The notes below the pieces were generated by a model. The model searched no databases. It was not told the DNA's origin and saw only the letters and a list, made by a program, of their open reading frames with translations. A stretch of DNA of 64,000 bases from the human T2T-CHM13v2.0 reference genome, Homo sapiens. Positions 1 through 16,209 of this stretch are shown here, in pieces. The first letter of the stretch is position 1, and each line of letters opens with the position of its first letter. Made by a program: the position numbers and the translations under genes. The stretch lies in assembly GCF_009914755.1 (NCBI RefSeq), contig NC_060937.1. One strand, 5' to 3'.

Positions 1-89
1 TGTTCTACAACAACTGGATCCTGGCTATTAACAGAAAAAAATATTTTTTAATGCAGTGCTGATGTCATATAAGTAGTAGAGAAGAGGGT

Positions 90-1830
90 CCCTCTCCCTC
101 TCCCTCTCCCCACGGTCTCCCTCTCCCTCTCCCCACAGTCTCCCTCTCCCTCTCCCCACGGTCTCCCTCTAATGCCGAGCCGAAGCTGGACTGTACTGCT
201 GCCATCTCGGCTCACTGCAACCTCCCTGCCTGATTCTCCTGCCTCAGCCTGCCGAGTGCCTGCGATTGCAGGCGCACACCGCCACGCCTGACTGGTTTTT
301 GTATTTTTTTGGTGGAGACGGGGTTTCGCTGTGTTGGCCGGGCTGGTCTCCAGCTCCTAACCGCGAGTGATCTGCCAGCCTCGGCCTCCCGAGGTGCCAG
401 GATTGCAGACGGAGTCTCGTTCACTCAGTGCTCAATGTTGCCCAGGCTGGAGTGCAGTGGCATGATCTCGGCTAGCTACAACCTCCACCTCCCAGCCGCC
501 TGCCTTGGCCTCCCAAAGTGCCGAGATTGCAGCCTCTGCCCAGCCGCCACCCCGTCTGGGAAGTGAGGAGCGTCTCTGCCTGGCCGCCCATCGTCTGGGA
601 TGTGAGGAGCCCCTCTGCCCGGCTGCCCAGTCTGGGAAGTGAGGAGCGCCTCTTCCCGGCTGCCATCCCGTCTAGGAAGCGAGGAGCATCTCTGCCCGGC
701 CGCCCATCGTCTGAGATGTGGGGAGCGCCTCTGCCCAGACGCCCCGTCTGGGATGTGAGGAGCGCCTCTGCCCGGCCACGACTCCGTCTGTGAGGTGAGG
801 AGCGTCTCTGCCCAGCCACCCCGTCTGAGAAGTGAGGAGCCCCTCCACCCGGCAGCCGCCCCATCTGAGAAGTGAGGAGCCCCTCCGCCCAGCAGCCGCC
901 CCGTCTGTGAAGTGAGGAGCCCCTCCGCCCGGCAGTCGCCCCGTCTGGGAAGTCAGGAGCATCTCCGCCCGGCAGACGCCCCATCCGGGAGGGAGGTGGG
1001 GGGCAGCCCCCGCCCGGCCAGCCTCCCCGTCCGGGAGGGAGGTGGGGGGCAGCCCCCGCCCGGCCAGCCGCCTCGTCCGGGAGGGAGGTGGAGGGCAGCC
1101 CCCGCCCGGCCAGCCGCCCCGTCGCGGAGGGAGGAGGGGGGGCGCCTCCGCCCGGCCATCGCCCCGTCTGGGAGGTGGGGGGTGCCTCTGCCCAGCCGCC
1201 CCTGCTGGGAAGTGAGGAGCCCCTCTGCCCGGCCACCACTCCGTCTGGGAAGTGTACCCAACAGCTCATCGAGAACGGGCCATGATGATGATGGCGGTTT
1301 TGTGGAATAGAAAAGGGGGAAATGTGGGGAAAAGATAGAGAAATCAGATTGTTGCTGTGTCTGTGTAGAAAGAAGTAGACATAGGAGACTCCATTTTTGT
1401 TCTGTACTAAGAAAGATTCTTCTGCCTTGGGATGCTGTTGATCTATGACCTTGCCCCCAACCCTGTGCTCTCTGAAACATGTGCTGTGTCCACTCAGGGT
1501 TAAATGGATTAAGGGCGGTGCAAGATGTGCTTTGTTAAACAGATGCTTGAAGGCTGCATGCTCGTTAAGAGTCATCACCACTCCCTAATCTCAAGTACCC
1601 AGGGACACAAACACTGCGGTAGGCCGCAGGGTCCTCTGCCTAGGAAAACCAGAGACCTTTGTTCACTTGTTTATCTGCTGACCTTCCCTCCACTATTGTC
1701 CTATGACCCTGCCAAATCCCCCTCTGCGAGAAACACCCAAGAATGATCAATAAAAAAAATAAAATTAAATTAAAAAAATAAATAAATAAAGTTTACACCA
1801 AGGCTGGCTTAAAAAAAAAAAAAAAAAAAA
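90..1830 (+). mobile_element. Full-length SVA retrotransposon (older type, SVA_B/C-like), antisense to KPNA3
   Basis: (CCCTCT)n head ~90-170; antisense Alu-like region ~170-530; GC-rich VNTR ~530-1255; SINE-R ~1256-1750; AATAAA at 1749-1754; A-rich tail. SINE-R carries ATCAGATTGTTGCTG and ATAGGAGACTCC variants that I associate with older subfamilies. Confidence 0.95.
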
Positions 1831-1989
1831 GACGAGGAGAGGTCGGTCAAGTTGAACCTAAGAGGGAAGTCATAAAAAGTAATTAAGTGAAATGAAAACT
1901 ATGAAGGTAGCTGCCTATTTCATACTGGGAACAAATTAAGTCCTGACCCCTGATGCCAGGTTGGAGAGTTAAACCTAAATTAACACTTA

Positions 1990-2548
1990 GGTTATACAAC
2001 ATAAAATAACTACAGCAAATATTTCAGGAACAGAAAAATGGAAGTAAAATATATCAGCAAGCCAGAAGAAATGATCAGAAATGACCAGATCTGAAAAATA
2101 AAAAGAACCAAACAGAACTCTGAGATATGAAAAAATAATTATTAAGTTAGACACATAACCAAAATTAAGAACTGAACAGATGGGTTTTACAGCAAATTTA
2201 AAGTAGTTTAAGAGATTCTGTGAACTTTAAGACAGGTCAGAAGAAACCGTCAATTATGAAATAAAAGAGGGCCAAAGATGACAAATATAGAAAAGAGGGT
2301 AAGAAACATAAAGGATACAATAAAAAATACAAAACAGTGTTTGTTTGGGTTCCTCTGGACAGAAGCAACTGTTAGGAGATAATAGCTAAGAATTTTCCAG
2401 AATTGATAAAAAACAATAAACCACAGATTCAAGACACCCAACAAACTCCAAGTGGGAAAATAAAAAGATTTCTTTTCCCAGGAGGAAAATATCCTAGAAG
2501 GAGCCAGAGAAAAACAGATTATCTTCAAAAAGCAACAGACTAAAAACT
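1990..2548 (+). mobile_element. Old L1 (L1M) ORF1-region remnant
   Basis: A-rich decayed sequence (aagaaccaaacagaactct..., attttccagaattgataaaa, cagattcaaga) typical of L1M ORF1. Confidence 0.6.
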
Positions 2549-2986
<438 letters not shown>

Positions 2987-4417
2987 TCAGTTTGTCAGTT
3001 TTTAGTCTGTTGGGTTTGTTTTGTTTTGTTTTGTTTTGTTTTTTTGAGACAGAATCTCGCTCTTTCTGTTTTTGTTTCCTTCTTATATAGTCCTCATACT
3101 TCATCAACTCTAACTCTTGTACTTCTATCCTGTTGCCCTGGTGAAAAGTTAACTCTGGGTTGTTTCAATTCTCACTCCAAAAGCTGAGTTGCTAAGTGTG
3201 CAACAGAAAAAATAAATTACTCAACCTCCATTATAGGTATAACAAATTCTAGGTCTCTAACCTCAATTAAGCTCTCAATGCTTACTGTCTGGAAATCTTT
3301 CCAGGCTTTCCTAGTTAGATTTTGCACAAAAAGCTACTGCTCAAGCCCCCTTCCAAATCGTCCTTCCTCTCAGCAGAAGACCAGGCCTCATATTTATTGA
3401 GAAAACAGAAACTATCAGATAGTAGCAACTCCCTCAACTTCCTAACGTGCACGTCCAAATCTCCTCCCCAATCCCAAGATCCCTGTCTCCTTTCATCCTA
3501 TCACAATGACAGTGCAAGAGGTGGCTAGCTGTGCACTGAATCTAATTATTCTCTCATCAACTGTCCCCTTGCTTCATCAATTATCCATCTCCTCTCTCCC
3601 ATCTTTCAAGTATTCTATTTCCCATATCATGAGCATGACCATGTCTTTCACTTAAAAAAAAAAAAAAGAACCTTTCTCAATCTACATTTTCTTTTAACTA
3701 GTTCCTGTTCTCTTTTGCCAAAATTTTTGAAAAAGTAGTCTAGACTGTCTTCACTTCTACTTATTTAGTCCACTCCATCCAAAATTCCATTGGCTCTGCT
3801 CTTGCCAACATTATCAGCAACCTTCTATTCATGGAACACAATCCTTAATTACATGGTACCTTTGCGGGAGAACACTTCATTCATTCTCATCTCCTTGACT
3901 TCCATAACACCACATTCCTGGTTTTCCTCCTCTTTGGTCTTCCTCCTTCATCCATCCATGTTGCTCTTCCCAAGGTTTTGCCTATTCATCTAGTTACTCT
4001 ACAAACCCTTTCTAGGTTATCATATATATCTCCATGGCTTCAATTATCAATTAAGTATTAATAACTCTGGATAATCCAGATTTGTTTCCTGATGAATTCT
4101 GAATTGGGCAGTAATATGTAACTTTTCAATGTTATAAATAGAATACATGTAAGGGAAAATCTAGTTAATCTTTAAATACAGAAAAATATTTGTATCTGGC
4201 ATCTAAAACGTACTATTTATTATTTTGCTCACCTGTATATATTCTAGGTTATGATTAATCAATACAGCAAAGTGGAACCATTACCTTTTTTGTCATAACA
4301 GCTTTGAGATATAATTCACTTACCAACAATTCACCTAAAGTATACATACAATTCAATGGTTTTTAGTGTATTTCACTGAGTTATAAAACTATTAACACAA
4401 TCAATTTTATCATATTT

Positions 4418-4535
4418 TCTGAGAGGAGGTCTCACTATATTGCCCAAGCTGGTCTCAAACTCCTGGGCTCAAGTGATCCTCCCATCTATGCCTCCCAAAG
4501 TGCTGGGTTACAGGCATGAGCCACCGCGCCTGGCC
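4418..4535 (-). mobile_element. FLAM/Alu left monomer within an L1 remnant
   Basis: Reverse-complement Alu left arm; flanks resemble L1 3' sequence. Confidence 0.75.
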
Positions 4536-5991
4536 TATATTTTCATCACTACATAAAGAAACCTTTTATCCTTTAGCAGACACTTACCATTCTACCAAGC
4601 TCCCCATCTCAGTCTTACAAAACCATTTATCTACTTTTTGTCTCTATAGATTTGAAAATGCTGACATAAAATGTCAGATGTCAGACGTCAATCACCCCTC
4701 CAATTATAGCTCCCTTTAGCTAGCATCCTTTAAGTAAACTGCTGTATTTCTAAGTAAACAGATTTTGGTGTGTTCTGCAAGTCCCATAACCTTGGGAATT
4801 TAAGCAGCTTAAAATTTTAAGCCCGGATCTCTCTCCTGAACTAAAGTATCTCCTGGATCACTCCCTAGAAAACCCCACATGTTCCTTAAGACATTCAAAA
4901 CTGAGTTCATCATTTTCCTCACTGGTCTTACTTAATTTACTGTTTTCACCTTATCTGTAGATAACAGCACTCTCTAAAAGTGGGATATTCAACTACCTCA
5001 AAAAGTAGTTCCAAGAATTAAATAAAATAAACATTAATAAAAGCAGCTCGTGTCACGAAGCAGGCAGTCATCAATGTTTGTTTCCCTTTTCTGTCTACAG
5101 GTTGTAATCTCCATTTCCAATATTAAATGCCATTACTTTTCCTGTCCATTGAGGTTTTAACATCAATGATTTATTTTTCATTTCTAGCAAGTTTATTTTT
5201 GTAGTACTTCTTAATGTTTTTAGGTCCTTCTTAAAATGATTCAATCATCTTAAAAATATTTATTTTACAGTCTTTCTCTGATTACCTCTATTGCTGAATT
5301 TCTTAGGAGACATAAGACTGACGTTTTTGGTGTCTGTATTATCTGTGATATATTTCTTCCTGTGTTTTATAATTTTGGATTATGAACCTGTTCTCTTCCT
5401 GTGCTAGTGAAACCATCCAAAATTTGAAACATTTAGCCTCTCTATAAGAGTAACTAAAAATCAAATAACTTAGAATCTAAATAGCAGAAATTATATTAAA
5501 TTTGCTATTTGAATGGCATCCTCTCTGGAAGACAAGCATTATTTTGATCTAAAAAGTCTTTTCTAGTATGTGAAATTAAGAATAAATCGGAAACTTCAAA
5601 CTTCCTTCTCTATCCAGTTCCACTGGCCTGCCAGTTACAGATTAAAAAAATATAGCAGGGGGTGGAGAAGTTTATTAATAAACCTAACATCAAAAATTAA
5701 AGCTTGTTTTACCCTTCCAAAAAAGCCTATTCCTACTCCACTGCAGACAGAAAATTCCACTGCGTTAATATTACAAGATATCAACTAGAATTTTTTTAAA
5801 AAATTAAGAAGGGAGTGAGATTTTTCACTTTACAAATAACTGAAATGGGATTCCTTTTTTTTTTTTTTTCCTCTTCACAGAGGTAATCAAGTTAGGATTT
5901 TTTTTTTTTTTTTTATAATTTTAAGTTCTGACTGAAAGCATAGGTTTAGGACTAAACACAGGACATTATGTCCTAAGAGTTTAAAATTTTA

Positions 5992-6349
<358 letters not shown>

Positions 6350-6923
6350 TCAATTAAATTAGAATAAAAAGAACTATTACAAATTATATTTTCATTATCT
6401 TGATTGTGGTGATGGTTTCATCAGTGTATGTACGTGTGTGAAAGAGTATCAAATTGTGTACAGTTTAAAGCTGCTTTAAAAAATGTGACTCAAATTGCAA
6501 AAAAATCTATTCCTATGTACCTTCTTAGGTATTAAAGCCACAAGAGCTACACAATGGAAAGACCATAAGAGTGGCTCTGTCACTAACTAGCTATGTGATC
6601 CTGAACCTATTACTTAACCTCTCTGAACCCCAGAGTCCCCACTTAGGAAACGAGGATATCACAATCTATCTCTGGGACAGTACAGTGAAAGTACCTTCCA
6701 TAACAAGTCCTTACTGAACATCTACAAAATATGACTTGTTTACTGTACAAAGTAAAGTATACCTATATAAAGCATTCATTAAAACTTGTGCTTTATTACT
6801 AAGTTACAATGTGAGTACCAACAACAAACCTACCTTACATAGTCCAAAATGTACATATCACTATTATATTTTTTCATCTTTCTACTTTCAAACTGTGTCT
6901 TTGTATTTAAAATGCTGCTACAC

Positions 6924-7196
6924 AATCCCAGCACTTTGGGAGGCCAAAGCAGGCATATCACAAGGTCTGGAGTTTGAGATCAGCCTGCCCAACATAATGA
7001 AACCCCGTCTCTACTAAAAATACAAAAAATTAGCCGGGCGTGGTGGCAGGTGCCTGTAATCCCAGCTACTCAGGAGGGTGAGGCAGGAAAATCGCTTGAA
7101 CCTGGGAGGCTGAAGCTGCAGTGAGCCAAGATCGCGCCACTGCACTCCAGCCTGGGCAACAGTGCGAGACTCTGTCTCAAAAAAAAAAAAAAAAAA
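6924..7196 (+). mobile_element. 5'-truncated AluS inside an antisense L1 remnant
   Basis: Alu body and poly-A; flanking duplicate GCTGCTACA. Confidence 0.88.
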
Positions 7197-8149
7197 GCTG
7201 CTACATAGAAGCCAATATGCACTGTAGCCAAAATGCACTACATAGTGCAAAATGTATTTAAAATGGACAGTATGCAGTTGGGTCTTGCTTCTTAATCCAG
7301 TCTGACAATCTCTGCCTTTTAATCGGGATGCTTTAGTCAATTTAAATGTATCATAATGACTGATATTGTTGAAATCAGGCATTTCATTATGGTATTTTTG
7401 TTTTTGATCATCTCGTTTGTTTTTTATTTCTCTTCCTGCCGGCCTGTCTTCATTTGGGTTAATCAATTTTTTTTTTTTTTTTTTTTTTTAGCATTCCATT
7501 AGATATTCCTCTCCTGGCATTTAGGTTCATCTTTTAATTTTGAGATTTCTCACTAGGGATCACAACTGTGACTTTAACTTAAAACAATCTATTCAGAGTT
7601 AATGTTCTACCTACTAAATGTCAAGAACCCAACTTGTGTGCCACACATACATGTACTACACATGCCACCACTGCATGCATAGTATTTAAAAACTGCCAAG
7701 AATTTGGACAGATCTTATATGCGAATTTTTTTGGACTCACTTTCTTTGTAGCTGCCTCTCTTCCAGGATTTACCCACTAAGTTTCTTGCTGTTCTGTTAG
7801 CCCAGAACTCTGTATCCTTACATTTCATGCAAATAAGGTTGTGGTATTCTTCACCAAGTAGCAGGAGGATTACAGAGCACCCTCAGACAAAAACCCACCA
7901 ACTCATGAATTTCACAAGATAGTTATGTTTTAAGAATAGGCTCTCCTCCAGTTTGTCTGCTTTTGATCACTCTCCAGTACCTTTAAAGAAAAATTAATGT
8001 ATTTTGTCCAGATATTATCATTGTTATCTATAGGAAGGTAACTCTACAGTATTGCACCATTACTAGAAGCCAGAATGCCACGTTACTTTTACTACATAAA
8101 CTCCATTCTGAAAATGACTTAACTAGGTAATTTATGCTACTATTAGGTG

Positions 8150-11100
8150 TATTTTTCCTTTTTATTTTAGTAGCAGCTTTATTCAGATATAATGCCCACG
8201 CCATAAAATTTATCCTAAAAGGATAAGTTCCGTGGTTTCTAGTACAGAGTTGTATAACCATCACCACTACCTAATTTTAGAACATTCTCATCACCACAAA
8301 AAGAAATCACATACCCTTTAGCATTTGTTCCCCATGCTCCTTCCCACAACCCCTGGCAATCACTAATCTACTTTCTGTATCAATGGATTTGATTGCCTGG
8401 ACATTTCATACAAATGGAATCATATAATATGTGGACTTTCATGTCTGGCTTCTTCACTTAGCATGTTTTTGAGATTCATCCATGCTGTAGCATGTATAAA
8501 TACTTTACTCCTTTTTATTGCTGAATAATATTCTACTGTATGGACATACCCCATTTTATCTACCTATTCTTCCATTCAAGGACATTTGGGTTGTTTCCAC
8601 TTTGGGGATATTATGATAATGCTATAACAAGCATTCATGTACGTGTTTTTCATCTTTTGGACACATACCTAAGAATAAAATTGCTAGGTGATATGGGAAC
8701 TCTATGATTAACATCTCGAACTGCTATTTTCTAAAGTTGCTGCACATCCTACCAGAAGCGTATTAGAATTCCAATTTCTACTTATCCTTCCCAATGCTAT
8801 TATTTGTTTGATTTTAGCCATTTTAGTGTACGTGAAATGATATCTCTTGCTTTTGATTTGCACTTCCCTAATGACTAATAACATTAAGCATCTTTTCATG
8901 TGTTTGTTGGTCATTTGTATGCCTCCTTCAGGGAACTGTCCAAGTCCTTGCCCCTTTTTAAACTAGACTGTCTTTGTATTGTTCAGCTGTAGTTCTTTAC
9001 AAATTCTGGATGTTAAGTAGTACCTTTAATGGATGTATGATGTGCAATTTTTTCCTCCCATTTGTGGGCTGCTTTTTTTTTTTTTTTTTTTTTTTGGAGA
9101 CAGGGTCTCACTCTGATGCCCAGGTAGGCATGATTACCACTTGCTGCAGCCTCAACCTCCTGGGCACCAGTGATCCTCCCACCTCAGCCTCCCAAGCAGC
9201 TTGGACTACAGATGTGCACCACCACACCAGGCAAATTTTTAAATTCTTTATAAAGACGAGGTCTCACTACACTGTTTAGGCTGGTCTCGAAATCCTAGGC
9301 TCAGGTGATTCTCCCACCTTGGCCTCCCAAAGTGCTGGGATTACAGGTGTGAGCGAGCCACTATGCCTGGCCACTTTTCTACTTCCTTGATGGCGTATTT
9401 TGAAGTACAAAATATTTTAATTTTGATAAAGTCCAATTTACCTATATTTCCTCTTGTCACTTGTGCTTTTAAGGTGGTACTATGAAACCAGTGCCAAGGT
9501 AACAAAGATCTACACAGATGTTTTCTTCTGAGAAGTTTACACATTTTAGTTTTTACATGTATATCTTTAATCAACTTTGAGTTGGTTTTTGCATACTGTG
9601 TAAGGCTCCAGTATTCTCTTGTATGTGGATAGTCATTTGTTCCATTTGTTGAAAAAAAAAAAACTATTCCTTCCTTGTAATACTGTTTTGCCACCCTTGC
9701 TGAAAATCAATTGACCTACCCACCTACCAAAAAAAAGAAAAGAAAAGAAAAGAAAAAACCCCCGAAAATATAACTGGTAAATGTGAAAGTTTCTTTCTGG
9801 ACTCTCAATTCTATTCCATTGGTCCATATGTCTATCCTTATGCCAGTATCACACAGTCTTAATTACTATAGGTTTGCTTGTTCTGTAAATTCTGAAATTG
9901 CTAAATATAAATATGAGTCCTTCAACTTAGTTCTTATTTTTCAAGTTTTGCTTTGGTTATTCAGGGTCCTTTGCAATTCCATACAAATTTCAGAATCAAC
10001 TTGTTGATATTTCAAAAAAAAAAAAAAAAAGAAGAGGAAGAGAAAAAGAAGACAAAAGAAAAGAATAGAAAAAAAGAAAAAAGGCAAGTCAGCTTGGATT
10101 TTATGGGAAATTGCATTGAATCTCTTAGTTCATTTGGAGATTACTGCAGCTTAACATTAACTCTTCCAATCCATGAACATGAAATATATTTCCATTTACT
10201 TAGATCTTTCTTTCAATGAAGTTGTAGTTTTCAGCATACAAGTCTTAAACTTTCAGTAAACAATGAATTCCTGATAAAGAAAATAAGTCTTACACTTTTG
10301 CTGAATTTATTCCTGAGCATTTTATTCTTTGTAATGCTGTTGTAACAAAATTGTTATTTTGTTTTTTAAGACGGGGTCTCACTCTGTCACCCCCGCTGGA
10401 GTGCCAGTGGCGCAATCACCATTCACTGCAGCCTCAACCTCTCCAGCTCAAGGCTCCCTCCTCTGCACCCAAGTAGCTGGGACTACAGGCATATGCTACC
10501 ACACCCAGCTTTTTAAATTTTTGATTTTATTTATTTTTGAGACAGGGTCTCACTCTGTTGCTTATTTAGTCTCACCCAGGCTGGAGGCTCTACTGCTCAT
10601 CATAGTAACACAATTACAGTTCACTGTGGTCTTGACTTCCCAAGCTCAAGTGATCCTCCCACCTTAGCCTCTAGAGTAGCTGGGACTACAGGTACACACC
10701 ATCAGACCTAGCTAATTTTGGTATTTTTTTTGTAGTGACGGGATCTAGCCATGTTGCCCAGGCTGGTCTTGAATTCCTGGGCTCAGGCAACCCACCTGTC
10801 TCAGCCTCCTAAATTTTGGGAAGTATAGGCATGTATAGGCCACCACACCTGGCCTGTTTTAATTTTAGATTGCCCATTGCTGGTATACTAAAATACAATT
10901 GATTTTGTATACTGATCTTGTATCCTGCAACCTTGTTGAAATCATTTATTAGCTCTAATAGTTTTTAAGTGAGTTCTTTAGAATTTTCTATCCAGAAGAT
11001 CATATCATTTGCAAATAAAGAGTTTTAATTCTTATTTTCCAACCTGGTTATCTTTCATCTTGTTTTCTTGCCTAATTGTGTTGGCTAGAAAATCTGGTAC

Positions 11101-11225
11101 AATACTGAATAGGAAGAACAACAATGAATACGGTTGTCTTATTCCTGATCTTAGGGGGAAAGCTTTACATTTACACCATTAATATGACATAAGCTGTGGA
11201 TTTTTCAGATGCTCTTCATCAAGAG
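8150..11225 (-). mobile_element. Old L1 (L1MB-like) 3' part, interrupted by minus-strand AluJ elements (~9072-9372, ~10355-10855)
   Basis: Antisense L1 ORF2/3' UTR motifs; minus-strand ORF remnants such as [11 protein letters not shown] and NKHMKRC are L1 ORF2-like. Confidence 0.85.
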
Positions 11226-11229
11226 AATG

Positions 11230-12255
<1,026 letters not shown>

Positions 12256-12786
12256 TAATGTTAATTATTCTGAGAAGTACTTAAATTATTTGAAGTCCTT
12301 TCTAAATTAATCTGCCTCAAAGATTTTTTCGATGATATAATTACCAATGTCCTAATTTTTTATCCTATTAATACCATATTATGCACTTGGATCTGTGTTG
12401 CTTATCAACACTTGGGGCGGCTGATAAATATTCCCTGTAATTAAAAAAAATTGTAAGCAGTCAAAAACCAATAAACCTTCAAGAGTGTTATAAATAAATA
12501 AAATTTACAATAACATTTACATGACACCTATTTTAATGTTTTGTCCATTTTATGTTCCAATGATAATTAGGACTAAGTGGTGAGCAGTTCATGTAAAAAT
12601 GACTTTACAGTAGTTATAAAACCAAACTCACACTGCTGAAGTCTACTAGACAGAAGAACTGAACAAGAGCAGGAAGGTGTTATATATTTTCTGAAGGTCC
12701 CTAAAACAACTCTAGGCACCAGATAACTCCTACCTCACCAAAAGAAAAAAGAAAGGAAGAAGTAACCATATTCTGAAAGTCTATAG

Positions 12787-13098
<312 letters not shown>

Positions 13099-13767
13099 CT
13101 TAGTTCTTTTTCTTGATACAAGTCAGCAGAGACTCCAATTTCTCCACTTCAATAAATTAATGGATTCTTTAAAAAGAGAAAAAGATTAATTAAAGCCACA
13201 TGAGCCACAGCCCCAACAATCTACAGTTATACCCCGAATTCAACACCTGGCAGCAGTCATAACTAGGGGTCTCCTATAACACCTAGGCCTGGATGTCCAG
13301 CTGCCTGGTTTCCTCTGGTTTATAAATTCAGAACTTTTAGATTTCTCTTTTGCTCATTCTCCCTTCTCTGCCTTTTAGACAAGAGAGCTCTGGACCTCCT
13401 CTCAAGGCTATCTTTACCCTAAGCAGATCTGCCCAACATCCCTTCCTCCCTAATACCTGCACTGCTGTAAACACTATACAGTTCTCTCAGAAATAGGTCC
13501 AATATTTACTATGTTACCAAAACAAAAGAAAAGCATAGGGAGGGATATGTTGGTTAAATTATATTTAAAGTTTAGCCATGACCACAAGCATATCATGTCC
13601 TCACATAATGTCATCACATTCACAAATACAAAAACTTAGAATGAAGGTGATAAACCTGGCTATGCCCCCTAACTGCTGCATGGAGCTATGTCTAACGTTA
13701 TCAGAAGACTCCTGCACTGGTAACTAATACAACTAATTAGGAATGTGTTCTCATTATGAAAATATTC

Positions 13768-14080
13768 GGCCAGGCATGGTGGCTCATGCCTGTAATCCCA
13801 GCACTTGGGAGGCCAAGGCAGGTGGATTACCTGAGGTCAACAGTTCAAGACTAGCCTGACCAACCTGGTGAAACCCTGCCTCTACTAAAAATACAAAAAT
13901 TTGCCACTTATGGTGGCACACACCTGTAATCCCAGCTCCTTGGGAGGCTGAGGCAGGAGCATCCCTTGAACTGGGAGGCGGAGGTTGCAGTGAGCGGAGA
14001 TCATGCCATTGCACTCCAGAGTGAGTGCACTCAGACGACAGAGTGAGACTCTGTCTCAAAAAAAAAGAAAAAAGAAAAAA
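13768..14080 (+). mobile_element. AluS
   Basis: Dimer with A-rich tail; small internal duplication (GCACTC) near the 3' end. Confidence 0.88.
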
Positions 14081-14165
14081 GAATATATTCTAGCTATTTT
14101 TGACAAACACTAAGCAATATACTAAAGAATTTATTACCAGGAGAGAAATATTTAGTAAGTTAAAA

Positions 14166-14312
14166 TAGTGCTTCCCAACCACTTTCATATCATGGCATGC
14201 ACAGAAAATATTTATACAGCATACTGAGATAAAAGGACAAGGCTACATAGGCTCCACCACCCAAATCCCCGGGTGGCCACCCCTAGGGCAGCACACCACA
14301 TGGGAAACACTG
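14166..14312. mobile_element. hAT-Charlie-type MITE
   Basis: Imperfect terminal inverted repeats TAGTGCTTCCCA ... TGGGAAACACTG. Confidence 0.6.
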
Positions 14313-14946
14313 ACCAAACAGGCTCTCATGCTAATACCCTGGGTCACTGTGACAAACTAGGGAGAAGTTCATCCATATGGCTGTACACTGTCACAAACAA
14401 ACCAGCTTTAAAAAATATTTGTTTCTGCTTTTCTAACTTATACATCTTCATCAAACCATGAAACATTCAAGGCCCAGTTCATCCCCACCAAGAAGCCCTC
14501 GCAAATCTCTAAGGCTGTAATTCACACCTATCTTTTCTCTGTGTTCCCAAACTTCCTTTACTCTTACTAAACTATCCTGTTCTGTTTTATAGTTGCCTTT
14601 AGCTATTATTTACCTTATTAAATATGTCCCTTGAATAGAAGGATCTTGTTTCATTCATTTTTATTTCCTTCTTGCTCCACAATATTGAAAAAAGAGTTTG
14701 TACAACCTGTTTGTTCAATCGGACTTGGGGTGGGTCATATTCAGTGACAATGCTTTTTGTACTACAATAGCCCATGTACTTTCTCCCTCTGTATTCCGAA
14801 ATTGGATTTATTTAGTTCCAAGCCTCTCAAATATCCCAAATTTTCCAGTTTCAAGAGTTCAACAGGATACACAAAAATGTTTGTTTGCACTAGCCCCACA
14901 TCCACAAAATTTAGAAAACAAAAGCAAATATCCAGCCCCTATCAAA

Positions 14947-15210
<264 letters not shown>

Positions 15211-16209
15211 TGACAGTAACTTTAAATTGCCCAAGAGCAGTGAGGAAGCATTTTAAATTATTTTCACATCTATTGAAGGATTCCAGCCAAGAGAATTTAT
15301 TCTTATTATACAGGAGTAAATACGCATTTTATCATTAAATAGTATGATAATCCTAACTAGGAATTATCAGCTTATAAATTTTCTCTGTAATATCTGTGAA
15401 TCTATCTGAATGCTAAGATTTTATTTAGAATCACAATTTTTATTTTCATCTTCCCCTTCCCTTTAAAAAATAGTTAATTTTTAACTACTAGTAAGTAGAA
15501 TAAATAGAAAAATAACTATAAGTGAATACTTAATATGAATTAGTACACAAATTAAGTTATACAAGGATCATTCCCAAAATATTTATTGAAAAATGCTTCT
15601 ATCCATTTCTGATGTTTTTCTGACCCTTGTTTAAAATACCAGATGCTGAAGTTAACTAAAATTTATTTATGCGTAATCTAAAAAGACAAAAAAAGCACCT
15701 CAATAAGCATTCCCAAGTATATATTATTTCAAAACCAAGATACATATAGTCATGGAAGTAGTTTCAAATTTACAGTCAGTTCAAATTTATAAAAAGATAC
15801 TAACTGTATAGTCCATTGCTCTCTGCTAGCTGAGGTTAACACTGTATAAAAGCTGGTTTCTACTTTTTCTCTACCACCCATATATGCATCTCTACAATCT
15901 GTAGCCCAATACTTAGCCAACATGATCATCCTTCTCAGTCTACTGAATTCCTTTTTTCCTGCTGATTCAAATGTTGAGGAATGCACATGCAATATCCAAT
16001 CCCTCTAATTATTTCAATGCCTGTTCAGCTACCTTCCTCCATACTCTATTCAGCTTTCTACCTTTCAGTCCCTATTATTATCATTTTGCATAAAGAAAAA
16101 TAACAACAGTATCTGTCTTAACACCCTCTGTAAACACCACAAAGATATGCTGAAGAGTTGGATCTGTACCCCTTTTGTGTTTCTGAAACAGGAAATGCAA
16201 AGAAAGTAT

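Noticed and set aside
472-1581. 369-aa ORF and overlapping ORFs in 212-1746
   Set aside because: They lie wholly within the SVA. The GC-rich VNTR and SINE-R routinely give long spurious ORFs.
16060-16206. Possible cryptic KPNA3 exon (strong minus-strand acceptor CTTTCTTTGCATTTCCTGTTTCAG at ~16183)
   Set aside because: Only weak donors follow it and there is no KPNA3-like coding content. It cannot be supported without RNA data.
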